Assembly: GCF_004010195.1 (NCBI RefSeq)
Contig: NC_057719.1
Span: 43,454,732-43,500,538, forward strand
Reading direction: 5' to 3'
Length of the DNA stretch: 45,807 bases
From: Chiloscyllium plagiosum
Lineage: Eukaryota
The notes below the pieces were generated by a model. It searched no databases. It had not been told where the DNA came from and saw only the letters and a list, made by a program, of their open reading frames with translations. Of the stretch, positions 26,627 to 39,400 are shown one piece after another (the stretch's first letter is position 1; each line of letters opens with the position of its first letter). The translations under genes and the position numbers were made by a program.

Positions 26627-26752
26627 CTCTACATCTTGAACAGTCCGGGGTTGTGCAACACAGAGCATGTTTAATAACTGAAGAATCAACTCTTCTATGT
26701 AAAAGAGGGCATCTTCTTTTGCTGAGAGAGTTGGATGGACCTGCCTTTGAAC
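26627..26752 (-). CDS. SOS2: SOS2 coding exon 2 (histone-fold domain), 126 nt
   Basis: Translates as [42 protein letters not shown]; acceptor ttcag| and donor |gtaaga; phase 0/0. Confidence 0.96.
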
Positions 26753-27831
26753 CTGAATCAAGAAATAAGACTGTAAACATCTTCTCAGGGAGTTATATAT
26801 ATTTAGGAACAAAGATTTTAATTATCAACCTCCCTTGACTCGCATCATTGGAACCTTAGCCACTTGTTTACCTACCAGTGAAACCCATAATTTCCAACTT
26901 GCTTTTGTCATAGCAAATTCTGAATCTCTCACCCTGGTGGGATATCATTAAGTCTGTCCTCTGAGAAGGGAATTCCTGACAAGTAGTTCCCCACATTAGC
27001 CCAAGTTTTAGGCTCAAAACAGTCGAACTAAAGGTAACAATCTATATCAGAGAATATCTGTCAGCACTACGTCCACTGAAGCTCCTCAGGTAAACAAAAT
27101 AAATGTCAAAAATCTACAAGTTTAAAGCAGACAACTTGCAAATCAAAAATAAAATCAGATGACACCCCTTTCAGGAAAAAAGAAACAGAATTTGTAGGCT
27201 ACAAAGCAACATCTTTTAGTGACCTTTTCCTCTACCTGTCCACATGTAAAGGAGGCTAATTTGAAAACACAGAATCTTAAATCACAAATGAGATCTAACA
27301 GACAGTACCGAACACATTCTGTAACTCTCAATACCCACAATTTCATTGAACTAACTTACGTGCTCAGTGATTGAATGCTACTAATTATGATTTTGAGGTT
27401 TATAACATTTATTAGATCATTACCAGCTCACAAAAGTACTGACTATTTCATCAAGGATGAATTCCTCAAAAGCACATACATTTTGATGGGAAGCTCAGAG
27501 TTTAGTTAATTTAGTCATAAATTGGTTTTTACAAGACATGGAAATGATCAAATTTAGTCATAACTCTTCTGCAGAGACTGGGTATAATAGCCATGTATTA
27601 AGGTGAATGGTTAAGAATTTGTTCAGTGCTCTTGACAAATGGATGTGTCAGAGCAACAGCCCTGGTATCCTTAAGTGACAGAGGAGGCTGATATCAAATG
27701 TTAAGGAGACTGCAAGGTCAGAACTGAGGGCAAGAGGAAATTTATGGACACAGACGGCAGTTTTAATGTTATTTATTGGGTGACAGAGGAAAAAATAATG
27801 AGGAGTTTTGATAGAGATATTCAAAATGATG

Positions 27832-28061
27832 GGTCTAGGTTAGAGTGGTGCTGGAAAAGCACAGCAGGTCAGGCAACATCCGAGGAGCAGGAAAATCGAC
27901 GTTTCGGGCAAAAGCCCTTCATCGGCCCTATTCCTCATGAAGGGCTTTTGTCCAAAACTTTGATTTTCCTGCTTCTCGGATGCTGCCAGACCTGCTGTGC
28001 TTTTCCAGCACCACTTTAATCTAGACTCTGGTTTCCAGCATCTGCAGTCCTTGTTTTTACC
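27832..28061 (+). mobile_element. Fold-back PLE mini-insertion B (family 1) with 15-bp TSD, inside an old CR1 3' fragment
   Basis: Inverted arms about 27832-27923 and 27936-28028, 33-nt tail; TSD atattcaaaatgatg at 27817-27831 and 28062-28076; hammerhead motifs in both arms are damaged. Confidence 0.9.
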
Positions 28062-28399
28062 ATATTCAAAATGATGAATGGTCTGGACATAGAAGATAGG
28101 GAGAACTTTTTCCACTCATGAAAGTAACGAAGGAACATAGATCTAAAATAATTGGTGAAAGAAGTAAAACTGATGAGAGAAAAAAATATATTTTCCTCGC
28201 AATAAGTGAGAAACGTCTAGAATGCACTGTGCCATATCCACTGGTACATCTGCATGGTGGTGGAACAGGGCATAACAAGGGATGGTGACAGTGATTTCTG
28301 GGGCATTGTCTGAAAGGTGTATTCTGTTGGTTTGGCTACCACTTAACTAGGTTATATCAACTCTGCAAATTTTAGCCGAAGAACCTAAATATGTTCTAT

Positions 28400-28835
28400 G
28401 TTCTATTGGTGGAAACGACTTTGCATGGCCAGCAAGGATGTATCTGCACTGCCCTTTCCGGTCCTATGTGAATGTCACGTGGTCTGTCCAGCTTCATTGT
28501 TGTGTTTAGATTTCACATCAATTTGAGGCAACAGAATACCTTGCTGGCTATTTGAAAAGGCAGTTAAGACTCAATCACGTTGCTGAGAGTCGTAAGTCAG
28601 ACTACGTAAAGATTGCGGATATCATTCTCATTAGAAGGACATCAGTGAATCAGATGCGTTTTTACAACAATTGACATTGGTTGCATGATCACCATTCAGC
28701 TAACTTTTAATTCCAGACTTTATTGAATTCAAACTTGACAATCGGCCATGGTAAAAACTCAAATCCATGTCCCCAAAACATCAGCCTGGGGTTCTAGATT
28801 AATCAACCAGTGACAATACCACTGTCACTGCAACC
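28400..28835 (-). mobile_element. Degraded tRNA-derived SINE, family of 23045-23330
   Basis: Shares ggacatcagtgaatcagatg..ttccagactttattgaattcaaa; tRNA-like head near 28830. Confidence 0.6.
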
Positions 28836-29344
28836 CCTTCAATTAAAATTTTCCTTGTACTTGAAGAATGATTAACACATACTTACAAAGAGAAATCCTG
28901 CACCACAGGAATAGAACTTATAAATTACTAATATATCCATAACAATCAGCTGTTGTTATACATACACAGCAGCAAGTGGAAATTAGAGGAATAACATGCA
29001 CACCCAACACCACCACACCCCCACAATAGTAATGGGAGGGAAAATACAACTATTTTTAATCGGCCTAGAACATACAGCATTTTGAAGATGTAACTAGGAA
29101 CACTTTAAATATGTTTGCCAGTCTTTTACATGCAACCTGATACTTAAAGCAGAGGATGGAAAAGCAATGAGTAATTGCAAATACGTGTGGATCGCTCTCT
29201 TTATTTTATGGCTACGAGTATGAAGCACTTCACTGAATTTATTTCTCTTAGACATGACAGAAGGGAGAGTAAATTTACTACATATGTAGAGATTATGCAT
29301 TATGTTACATGGTAGGGTACTTAAGTGGCACAGACGTACAAGGA

Positions 29345-29500
29345 CATAGAATTGCTAAAAAGAAAGAGATACCTGTCAAAGCTTTTCCTCTTGTAGTCAC
29401 AAGGACAGGCACAAGATAACCATAAGGGGAAATAACAATTTAAAGAAAATAGAATTGCCTCACTTTTCTCTGACTCACATGGTGAGAGGTACATAATGCA
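29345..29500 (-). mobile_element. Old PLE terminal fragment (family of 6700-7535)
   Basis: Reverse complement ccttgtgactacaagaggaaaagctttgac, a decayed hammerhead-like motif, preceded by aattgttatttccctt. Confidence 0.35.
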
Positions 29501-29526
29501 AGGTGAATGGCAGCATCCTGGATTTG

Positions 29527-29779
29527 ACTGGTGCTGGAAAAGCACAGCACGTCAGGCAGCATCCGGGAAGCAGGAAAATCGACGTTTTGGGCAGGAGCCC
29601 TACATCAGGAATGAGGCGAGGAGCCACCCCGGAGGCTCCCAGCCTCATTCCTGATAAAGGGCTCCTGCCCGAAACATTGATTTTCCTGCTCCTTGGATGC
29701 TGCCTGACCTGCTGTGCTTTTCCAACACCATTCTAATCTTGTCTCTGACATCCAGCATATGCAGTCCTCACTTTCGCCT
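29527..29779 (+). mobile_element. Fold-back PLE mini-insertion C (family 1 variant)
   Basis: Arms of about 95 bp (29529-29626 and 29634-29730) plus tail; imperfect TSD agcatcctggatttg / agcaacctatgatttg; both hammerhead copies carry core mutations. Confidence 0.85.
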
Positions 29780-29944
29780 AGCAACCTATGATTTGTTAAA
29801 GTCTGTGTAAAATTAAGCTTGTGAATTAAGAAAAAAGTTGAGATAGTGAGTTTGTAAACTCAGAATATTGGAGTAATGCAAAATTAGAGGCAGGTGATAC
29901 TGGAGATAGAGTATCTTAAATCACTGATTGAGAATAACTTCAGA

Positions 29945-30575
29945 GTCAAGGTTCAGAAAAGATTTACAAGGGTTGGAGGATTTGAGGTATAGGAAGAGGC
30001 AGGGGCTGTTTTCTCTGGAGTGTCAGAGGCTGAGGGGGTGACCTTATAGAGGTTTATAAAATCATGAGGGGCATGAATAGAGTAAACAGACAAGGTCTTT
30101 TCCCTGGGATGGGGGAGTCCAGAACAGAGGATATAGGTTCAGGGTGAGAGGGGCAAGATATAAAAGGCACCTAAGAGGCAACTTTTTCATGCAGAGGGTG
30201 GTGCATGTATTGAATGAGTTGCCAGAAGTACTGGTGGAGGCTGGTACAATTACAGCATTTAATAGGCATCTGGATGGGTATATGAATAGGAAGGGTTTGG
30301 AGGGAAAAAACGAGGTAAAAACAATGACTGCAGATGCTGGAAACCAGATTCTGGATCAGTGGTGCTGGAAGAGCATAGCAATTCAGGCAGCATCCGAGGA
30401 CAGTCAAAATCCTGTCCTCGGATGCTGCCTGAATTGCTGTGCTCTTCCAGCACCACTGATCCAGGGTTTGGAGGGATATAGGCCAAGTGCTGGCAAATGG
30501 GACTAGATTATCTGGTTGGCATGGACCAGTTACACCAACACGTCTGTTTCCAGACTGTATATCCCTATGACTCTA
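29945..30575 (+). mobile_element. CR1 3' fragment hosting insertion D
   Basis: gttcagaaaagatttacaagg, RGNFFMQRVVHVLNELP, ctatgactcta tail. Confidence 0.9.
30306..30462 (-). mobile_element. Fold-back PLE mini-insertion D (family 1, truncated before the ribozyme) with 14-bp TSD
   Basis: 53-bp stem 30351-30403 / 30412-30464 with an 8-nt loop and one mismatch; TSD agggtttggaggga at 30292-30305 and 30463-30476. Confidence 0.92.
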
Positions 30576-31439
30576 ATTACCCTGAGCAAGCAGTCATGAA
30601 ACTCATTCACAATTGTGAGCAGGTTACTAAACAAAAAAAAACAACAGCAATGACCCGAGTTTCCTAAAACAGCATGCTGCAACGACAGTATAAATACAGT
30701 GGAAAACATTAAGGAAATTAGGGTGCAGATGTTAGTCAGAGTTGTATTTTTCTAAGTTTACTTGATCTTTTACACCACTTCAACCAAACTTCTGTTAAAA
30801 TGGATCACCACTCATTGTCACAGACTATTGGCTCAAGCAAATGTCCTTATTCTATGCCAGTTCGTAAGATGCTGCAAATTTATGCTTAGAAGTTTAAGCA
30901 CATCAGGAATCAGCCCATATTGCTAGTAATTTTCTAACAATGCTTTTATTTCTCCTGAGACCAAAAACATAACTTCTGTACCTTTCAATGAACCTTAATG
31001 GCATCAGAATAATTTGCAATATAAACTGTACAACTCTGTGATTGTATTTATTTGCTCATCATACTCAGGACATTTCAACACAATGCGCCAATGAGAAGAT
31101 CAGCTAATTCGGAGCCATTAAACTTGGTACCATGATCAGGCCACCATTTTTAAGAATTCTAAGTTAATGAATCAAAGATGTTTGTGGCAAGATAAAACAA
31201 AGCCTTACTGGTTTATATATAGAAACTTCCCCTTTGCTTGTAAATATTATTGTGAAGCATTGGGCAGATGGAACATTATGGCAAACTGAAAGCATCCTGC
31301 ACGAGGATAAAAAAGAAATGTTTATTGTAAGCAATGTCCTGATATATTGATGCAAGTATGGCAGTGTCAGCAAATAGGCCATTGGAGTTGTTGAGGAGAG
31401 ATAAAGCATCATTGTCACAAAGTCAACCACAGCTTGTGT

Positions 31440-31870
31440 TTGCGTTGGAAGGTGTGGGTTCTCATCAATGTAAAACCTACATTGACACTCTGGTGTAGTA
31501 CCAAGGAAATGCTGCACTGTAAGAGGTGCCACTCTTCCAATAAGACAGTAAAGAGGCCTTCAGGATGTAAAATATATCTTGGCATTATTTAAAAGCAGGG
31601 AAACAAGGCATCCCTGGCCTCCTGGTTAATACTTAATCTTTGGAAAACAATAATGGTAAGCATTAGTCTTTATGGGAGTTTGCTGTGCACAAATTGGCTG
31701 TTGTACTTCTTACATGACAATCATGATGACTTTGCAATAATATCTACACTTCAAAGGTAACTCATTGGTCATCAAGTTCTACAGGGCACTGTGAGATTAT
31801 TATAAGCACCATTAAAAAAATTTGTCTTTGGAAAGGCAGTCTCACTGTTGGGTGTATAAGAAATGCAAAC
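31440..31870 (+). mobile_element. Deu-domain SINE (SacSINE1/AmnSINE1-like), degraded
   Basis: tgacactctggtgtagtac..tgctgcactgt..gaggtgcc..tgggagtttgctgtgcacaaattggctg..acacttcaaa, matching the Deu core as I recall it. Confidence 0.7.
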
Positions 31871-33565
31871 AAAATAGTATAGAGACTGATGAAAGGCATA
31901 GGATGTGGTTATGTTATGAAGAATTTCAAAAAAGAGAGGTTGGAAATGAGAGACATCAGAACCACAGATGAACTGCTTAAAACAAAAGGAAGAGCATGCA
32001 ATGACAATGGGATTAAATCCAAAAAGAGCAATTAGCAATGCCAACAACCAATGGAGCTAAGTATAGCAGGTGCTTTATTAAGAGCTAAAGCTGAAGGGGT
32101 CACAGGAATGGGCAATGGATAATATGGAAATGACAGCTGAATTTTACATTGTAATGGCAGTGAAAGTCAATGCACATCACTGTTATCCTGTAAAAGTGAC
32201 AGCAATCTTTGGTTTTCACATATACGCAGTTAAACTCTGAAACCAAAGTTGCAATCAGTTATTTTTTGCTCCTACTTAAGAATGAGTATGTTGGAAATCC
32301 CCACAGATACTATACCAATCTTTCAAATATTACTGAAGTGATTAAAACTTATGCTTTTACACTGTAATATCACTATTTACAAAGAATATATAAAAGTTAG
32401 CTCCTGAACAACCTCCCCCAGAAATCTAATTTTCTATGATACAATTTTTTATGAAACTACAGCATTTTTATCCCATACATTAATATATGTTCCCATATTT
32501 ATTTCAATCACAATAGGATGAATGAAACATCAAGGATAATAAATTAATTTTATTTCCTGGTTCGCTGTTGATGAGTACAGACTAAACGAACATGACCTTG
32601 AATAGATTAACAAAACAATATGTAGGTGAGCTGAGGCGGCTTTTCTCAATGTTGCACATTCCATATAAAGTGAAAGGAGGACAAGGACAAAACTACAAAT
32701 CCTGCAGGGAGAGAGAAAGGGAGACATGGGTATGTAACAGGAGTCAAAAGGCAAACTGAAAATTATATCAGCCACAGGCACTAGACATAACAGCAAGAAA
32801 CTCTTTCCCATATACCCTTCATTTTTTTCTCTTAATTATCTTCTGCTCTTGCAATCAACAGCATAGTTTTTTATTGTTGCAGCCAGAAGGTCTCTCTTGC
32901 GGTTTGGTGACCAGACTGAATGCAGTATTCAAAATACAGTACAAGATGAACATAGTTTCACCCAACTAAAATGTCACGGTTGTGGCTACAGATTATTTTA
33001 CTAGCCAAGGACATTAAGTGACATGATGGAATTAGAAAATTGTCCCACTGAAAAGCAGACAAGGTTCAAGTTGTTTGAATAGCCAATATCCATTGCTATA
33101 TTCACTTTTAAAAACCAGGATGCTTGAGCTGAAGGATCTTCTAGAAGGTAGCTGCAGCAAAAACTTAAGACAAGGAGCAGGATTTTAATGGAGAAGGGAT
33201 GGGGGGGCATAGTTCAAAATATGTGGTGACTGTGTACAAATTTACCACCTAACCTTTACAAAGAATCTTTGAAAAAAATCAAAAGACAAGAACAAAAATG
33301 TAAAACATTGAAATAAAAACATGCCTCAGTGTTGGATCTTTGCACTTTTGCAACTGAGTGTCTGAACTGCAGCAATGCATCCGCATCTTAATATACATTA
33401 CCTTCCTTCACCCCTCCCCAAGTCTTGACTTTGTTGCTTGTCATTTTCATTCCATTGGGAATTGCTGACTGTTCTCTCAGTTTGTTGCCTGGGTTTTACA
33501 GGTTACAGAAGATAAAATTAATGTCAGCCACCAAGCTCTCCTCCCCCAACCCCACATGACAATCA

Positions 33566-34270
33566 CAGAATCAAATAGTACAGAAGAGATGAACCATCAA
33601 ACCTGATCTTGCAAAACCTAAATCGTCACTAATTCCACTTTCCAGCACTTGGCTTAAAGCCATGAACATCACAACATTTCTAGTGCTTTTCCAAGTACTT
33701 TTTAAACAGGGAAAGATTTTCTGTCTCTCCTCCTCCCAAGCAGTGCATTCTAAATTCCCACCATCCTCTGGATGAAAAAAAAGCCTCAAATCCTTGCCGA
33801 ACTTTCACCTTAAAATTGCACCTTCTTTTTACTGGCACTTCAACTAAGATGAATAGCTGATTTCTACCCAACCGGTCCATGCTCCTCAACAGCTTATACA
33901 CCTCTATCAGGTTTCCCTGATAGCAAAGTGACTTTCTTTGTAAAACAAAATTAGTTAGCATTTTGTTCATGAGTACTGCACTGAATTTTAAGATTTCTGT
34001 CCCGCAGCTCCACTTAGTTGATAGAAACAAGGCAACATCTCAGTGAATCACCTATGCATCCCCTCCAGTGCAATCACATCCATCCTATTGTGTGTGACCA
34101 GAACTATACAGTGTCCCAGCTGTGATCTACCAAAAGTATGTACAGCTCCAACATAACCTCCCTGTTCTTATAATCTATGCCACAAATGATATAGGCAAGT
34201 GACTAGTATACCTCCTTAACTATCCTATTAAGCTATCCTGTCACTTTTAGAGATCTGTGGACAAGCAACC
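33566..34270 (-). mobile_element. Degraded CR1 3' fragment
   Basis: Minus ORF GNLIEVYKLLRSMDRL..FKKYL. Confidence 0.75.
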
Positions 34271-34865
34271 CAATTCTAACAGACTATATTATTTAACCGT
34301 TGATCATACTCAACTTTATTGTGGACCCACATTTTAGTACATGAACCAATGTCTTCAAATTAATCTTGAAATGGATTTGAAAACATGCATGCTCATATCT
34401 GACAGGAAGCCCCTAAAAAATAGAAAATAGTCCCAAAAATCAAAAAGCAACCCTCAACAAAATTCAAATAGGCAGTTTTTCCTCAAAAACAGTTTTTCTT
34501 CAAAGGCTATTTTGGCCCATGGGGTGATTCAGTGCAATAGCTGTAAGACAGCCACCTGAAAGTAAGTTTGCCAATAGCGGAACCAAAAGGAATGGCTAAG
34601 TAAATAACTAGAGATTTCAGAAAAACTGAAAAATAGGAGCAAGAATCGTCACATAGCCTGTTGACCTGTCCACACAGACCAGCTAAATATTTGCAACACA
34701 TTTGTTACCAACTTGTTTGAAAATCAAAGGTACCAAAAAATGAACGTTCAAATGATGAGTCAAACATGGTACCCTTCTAATTGAGTAAGATAAAGACTTC
34801 AGAAGTACGTTTTTGTTGAGAACAGATGTTTCAGACCTACTAACCCAAAGCTAAAACCTTTAGTT

Positions 34866-35600
34866 AATAGAAAATACTGCAGATGCTGGAAACTTGAAAT
34901 ATAAAGAAAACACTCAACAGGCCATCCAGCACCTAAGGAGAGAATGTAAGAGTTGCACATGTATCAGTTTTTAAACAAGCACAAAGCAAGGAAAGAAAAG
35001 GCTGGGGGAGAGAATTGTAACAAACCTTTTCATCACCTCCATTTTACCATGCAGGGTCTCAACACTCACTCCAACAATTATCTGAGCCACCTAGACTTAA
35101 TTTCACATAATGCTTTCTCCTCTGAAGTGGGGACAACAAAGGAAGATTGGGTGATAGCTTTACTGAACACCTTTGTTCAGCCTCCAGCCTTGACACTGAG
35201 CTCCTGATCACTTACTGTTTAATTCTTCAGACCAACCCCACTCGAACCTCTGCCACATACATTGTTTCAACTAAGCTTGGATAAATATCTTCGGATTTGG
35301 TACTTTACAAACATTCTGCACTGGACATCTAGTTTAACAATTTCAGATAGTAACTACAATTCTCTTTTTTTTCTGAGAAGTGCCAACAATAATTTAGTTC
35401 TTAATTTAACCCTTCTTGTCTTTCATCCTTTCAAACCTTCCCTTTTATTTTCTAATCCCTCCTCTTTTGTGCTTGTTCAAATCTTGTTGAAAGTATAACA
35501 TGTTCCAATTCTAACAAACACCATAATGTAAAATATTGACTCTCCTCAAATTTGCTGTATGGTCTGCTGAATATTTCCAACATTTTCCATTTAAATCCAA
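34866..35600. mobile_element. Old fold-back PLE remnant
   Basis: Left end aaatactgcagatgctggaa matches the family-1 tail; 35270-35350 resembles a decayed PLE C-terminus (GTLQ..L.I.FNNFR); inverted terminal remnant near 35550-35595. Confidence 0.5.
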
Positions 35601-36519
35601 AAAGATGCAATGCATTGTTTAAATGAATTTGTTCTAGACAGTAGTGAAAGCATTCTTTGGAACATACCTTTTAATAAAAAATACATTTTTCAGGATATAA
35701 ACAATGCTATTTGCCTACTCACTGGTCTTGAGTTGGTGGTCAAAAAAGTCAATTCTTTTGATGATCCATAATAGGTATGAGAGTTTCAATTGTTGGTGTT
35801 AAACACAAATTTCTTCCCAATGGATCCCAAAGTAAAGCAATGCCAACTAAAAGTGCTTCAAAAACACTTGTGTTGAGTGAAGTGCAACCCATATAATGGT
35901 TTTAGCCTTTACTGTGCTTACTTTCTGCAAAAGCAACTCAATGAGTCCCTCTCCCAGTCCATTCTCTGGAAATTATTTCCTCTTTAAATTATCATCCAAC
36001 TTCCTTTCAAATGGATGATTGGTTCTGCTTTCTCCATGCTCACACAGTGCAATCCGGATACTAGCCACACTATCCGTAAAAATGTTTTCCCCAAATCATC
36101 TTTGTTTCTTTTGTCAATAACCTCAAATCTGAGCACTCTGGCTTTCATCTTTTACTGTGTCGGAGATCCCTCATAATTTTGAGCACTTAACCTTCTCTTC
36201 TCTAAGAGATGCGAGATTTCCGCAATTTTGTCAGCAATTCTGCACATAACGAGTCTGACTGTAATTGTAGACAACAGCAATGCTTTTCCACAAACAGAAC
36301 TTCAACACAGAAACATCCCAAAAAAATGGCTTCTTTTGACATGTCTGAAAGATTGGCCACACCTGACCTTAATTGTTACCACATTTTTCTGATGTCATAT
36401 GAAATGTATATCATACAAAGCAAATTCTAAATATTTCCATTTCAATCACTACATTCATATTGGCAAAATGCCATGGCTGCTATGGGGACATAACAAACAC
36501 TGAACAAAACAAAGCTATC

Positions 36520-36927
36520 CCTGAGCACAAAAAATCTCAGCAGACATTCCAGTGTAGTAGCAAGAGCACTGCACCGAAAAGGGTGCCAGCTTTCAGGTAA
36601 GTTATTAAACTGAGAGCCAATCTAACGCTGTTAATGGAATTAAAAGATCCCATGTCTCGATTTCAAATAAGAGCAGAGGAGTTAATTTTGGCTTCATGGC
36701 CAAAATAACTGCAACAGATTGTGATTAGCTAGTCATTACCACATTAATGTTTCTGCGATTTTGCTGGATACAATACTGACTGCTCCCTGCATTGTTCAAG
36801 TCCCACCTACTGAAGAGATTGATTAAAAAATATACACAGGGACTACACTTCACAAGTGCTGTAGTGACCGTAAAGCACTTTCAGATGTACAGTGATCAAG
36901 AAAGTGCTAAACGAAGGCAAACATTTT
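36520..36927 (+). mobile_element. Deu-domain SINE, second degraded copy
   Basis: gacattccagtgtagta..taaaagatcccatg..aagagcagaggagtt..gactacacttca..gtaaagcacttt..gaaagtgcta. Confidence 0.7.
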
Positions 36928-37104
36928 AACCAATTATAATGAAGTTGCATTTTTTTTAGTTTCACTACAAGTTGGCATTCAAGGAGCTGGATCTACTTTA
37001 AGTTAATATCCGTAATTTAAGTGGAAACTTCAAATCAGTATCCATTTTCAAATACTGAAGTCTAAATTTTAGAGCTTCATAAACTATCCCAACATATTTA
37101 CAAC

Positions 37105-37270
37105 AAAATCAGAAACTGCCGGCAAAACAAAGCAGTCCTGATGAACTGCCACTGGACTTAAAATGTTAACTTTATTTTCTCCCCACAGATGCTGCCAGAC
37201 CTGCTGAGTTTCACCAGGAGTTTCTGTTTTTGTTTCAGATCTCCAGTGTCTGTAGTTCTTGATTTTATTT
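37105..37270 (+). mobile_element. Old PLE terminal element with short inverted arm and decayed hammerhead
   Basis: cagaaactgccggcaaaac is inverted to gtttcaccaggagtttctg; ctgatgaactgccactggacttaaaatgtt; cagatgctgccagacctgctg is shared with family 1. Confidence 0.55.
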
Positions 37271-38960
37271 CAGTAATACTTTCAAATGGCACAATGTTCC
37301 CCAGTTGTAACTAGTAAAGAGAGTAGTCAGTAGAGCACTTGCCTCTGCCACATTTGCTAGCTCAACATTATTACAATTTCACAGTTCTTCATTAAAGTCT
37401 TTCTCTGTATTGATGATATTCTCTAACTACAAAGCTGAAAATAAGAAAGCGTTTTGTTAAGAGTTTCCATCTCAGGCTAAAATACAGCCAACAATGTTCC
37501 CTACAAACTCTGCTCCCATTTTAACAGCTGTGAGGAATTGCTATACAGCAGCTGAGTCCTAAACAACCCACAACGTTATGAATAAAACAACTCTGTGATA
37601 CTGGTTAAAAAAAAGTTAATATGTCCCATCTCCCAATAGGCCATGCGCAGAGTACAAGTTTCATTGAAATCCATCCATTAGTTTTTGAGATTATCTGTTA
37701 TACTGTTTACAGACACACTGAGCAAAAATATTACCTCAGCCCATCCTCACTGATGGAGACATAAAAATAAACACACACAACAAATGCAAAATAAACGACA
37801 AGAGATAAGAATTACAAAATATCTTAGAGAAGGACCAGTGTTGTAGTTTTGAAGTCAGTCAATATACCATAGCACTATATACAGGATGTTAAGATACAGT
37901 ACAGTAGGCAGGTGAGGCAGGATTTGCAGAGTGGTATTAATTTGAAAGGGGAGCAAAGAGAAGAGGGTAAAGGTGGACAGAAGAGCAAAGAACAGAACCT
38001 TTTGGTGGACAATCAGGAGAACATTACTAGACCACATTTAATTAGTTGAATGGCCTGATTCAGTGCACAACATAGCATGATTTTATAAACTTGTTTAAGT
38101 TTACAATATTCTACAAGGTAACACACTCTTCCAAAACTACCCCAGATGACTTTGCACTTACACAGAGTTAGAACTAGAAACCTTATCTTGGCTTTGGTTG
38201 CTGGGGATTTCCAGTCACTATGGACAAAGCATGTGTAGAGAAATGCAACAGGGGAACTGCACCACAAAAACCCTGGTCACTTGACAATGAGACAAAATTA
38301 GGATTGGGAAGTTCTCACTTCTTGTTAAAAATCTGTGTATGTGGAAGATAAATACATTGCTGCAGTTTTAGTTTTAATTTACTCCTATTAAACTAAAGTA
38401 GCTCAGAATGCATTGCTATAATCTGAGGCAGAACAGCTTAAGTAATGTGGCAGGGAAAAATAACTTCAAGTTAAGTCAACCCTGAAGTAAAACTACAGCT
38501 ATCTGAAAAATGTAAGCTTGTATTAAGTTCAGAGGGATACAGTGATTATGACACTTTTGACACTTGCCTCTGGTTAACCATGGAAAACAACCAGCCTGAT
38601 TCACTGTGTATATTTGCAAGTGTTGGCATTAGTGACAGTTCCAGTAAGAACCAAAAATTAAACATCAAAAATAAGGGTGATTTTAAAAAGATTTAACTGA
38701 AAATATTGTTGTTTGAACTCCAGTTATTCAACGAGAGATCTAGACAGCCTCTGGAAACAAGACATCCGACTTCCCTTTATAGAAGGCAAGTTGTTAGTTA
38801 GGTGGGGCAATGACGAGAAATGAGCTGTTGCAGTCTCCTAGAATTTAGAAGGACTGCTTGGTTTATTCGAAATATTATTTTCTGAAATTGGCTACACTTT
38901 TTTTTGGTTTCAATCAGTAAGTTGCATGGTTGAAGAGACAACAAATGGACAGCATATTGT

Positions 38961-39400
38961 TAGTGAGTTTTGAGAAGATTTGTAGCTCAGGTTGAGGTTT
39001 TGGATGTACGTTTCCTCGTTGAGCTGGAAGGTTCATTTCCAGATGTTTCGTTACCCTGCTAGGTAACATCTTCAGTGGGCCTCAGGTGAAGCAATGCTGA
39101 AACTTCCTGCTTTCTAACAAAGACACACACGAGAATCTCTAGATGCAGGGCATCCCAACCGAAACTCCATCAACAAACACATCGAGTTAGACCCCATCTA
39201 TCACCCCCTGAGAAAAGGAACAGGAAGTGACCACCACAGGAAATAACATCACAGGAAATGACATTGCAAACCCAAAGAAACCCAAACATATAAATAGAAA
39301 GCAGGAAGTTTCAGCATTGCTTCGTCTGAGGTCCACTCAGTAGGGTAACAAAATGTCTGTAAATTAACCTTCCAGCTCAGTGAGCAAACCTACATCCAAA
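38961..39400 (-). mobile_element. Fold-back PLE insertion E (family 2) with 12-bp TSD
   Basis: 37-nt tail, arms about 38998-39116 and 39295-39401; TSD acagcatattgt at 38949-38960 and 39401-39412; homologous to the termini of the GIY-YIG element at 42301-43235. Confidence 0.9.
39039..39078 (-). ncRNA. Minimal hammerhead ribozyme motif (family 2)
   Basis: Minus strand CCA-CTGAAGA-t-GTTACC tagcag GGTAAC-GAAAC-ATC-TGG; helix I and II pair, helix III palindrome has decayed from ACGT to ACAT. Confidence 0.65.

Noticed and set aside
27832..29779. Active ribozymes in insertions B and C
   Set aside because: All four copies have core defects (CCGATGA, CTCATGA with AAAA, CTGATGT with AAAA, CTGATAA).
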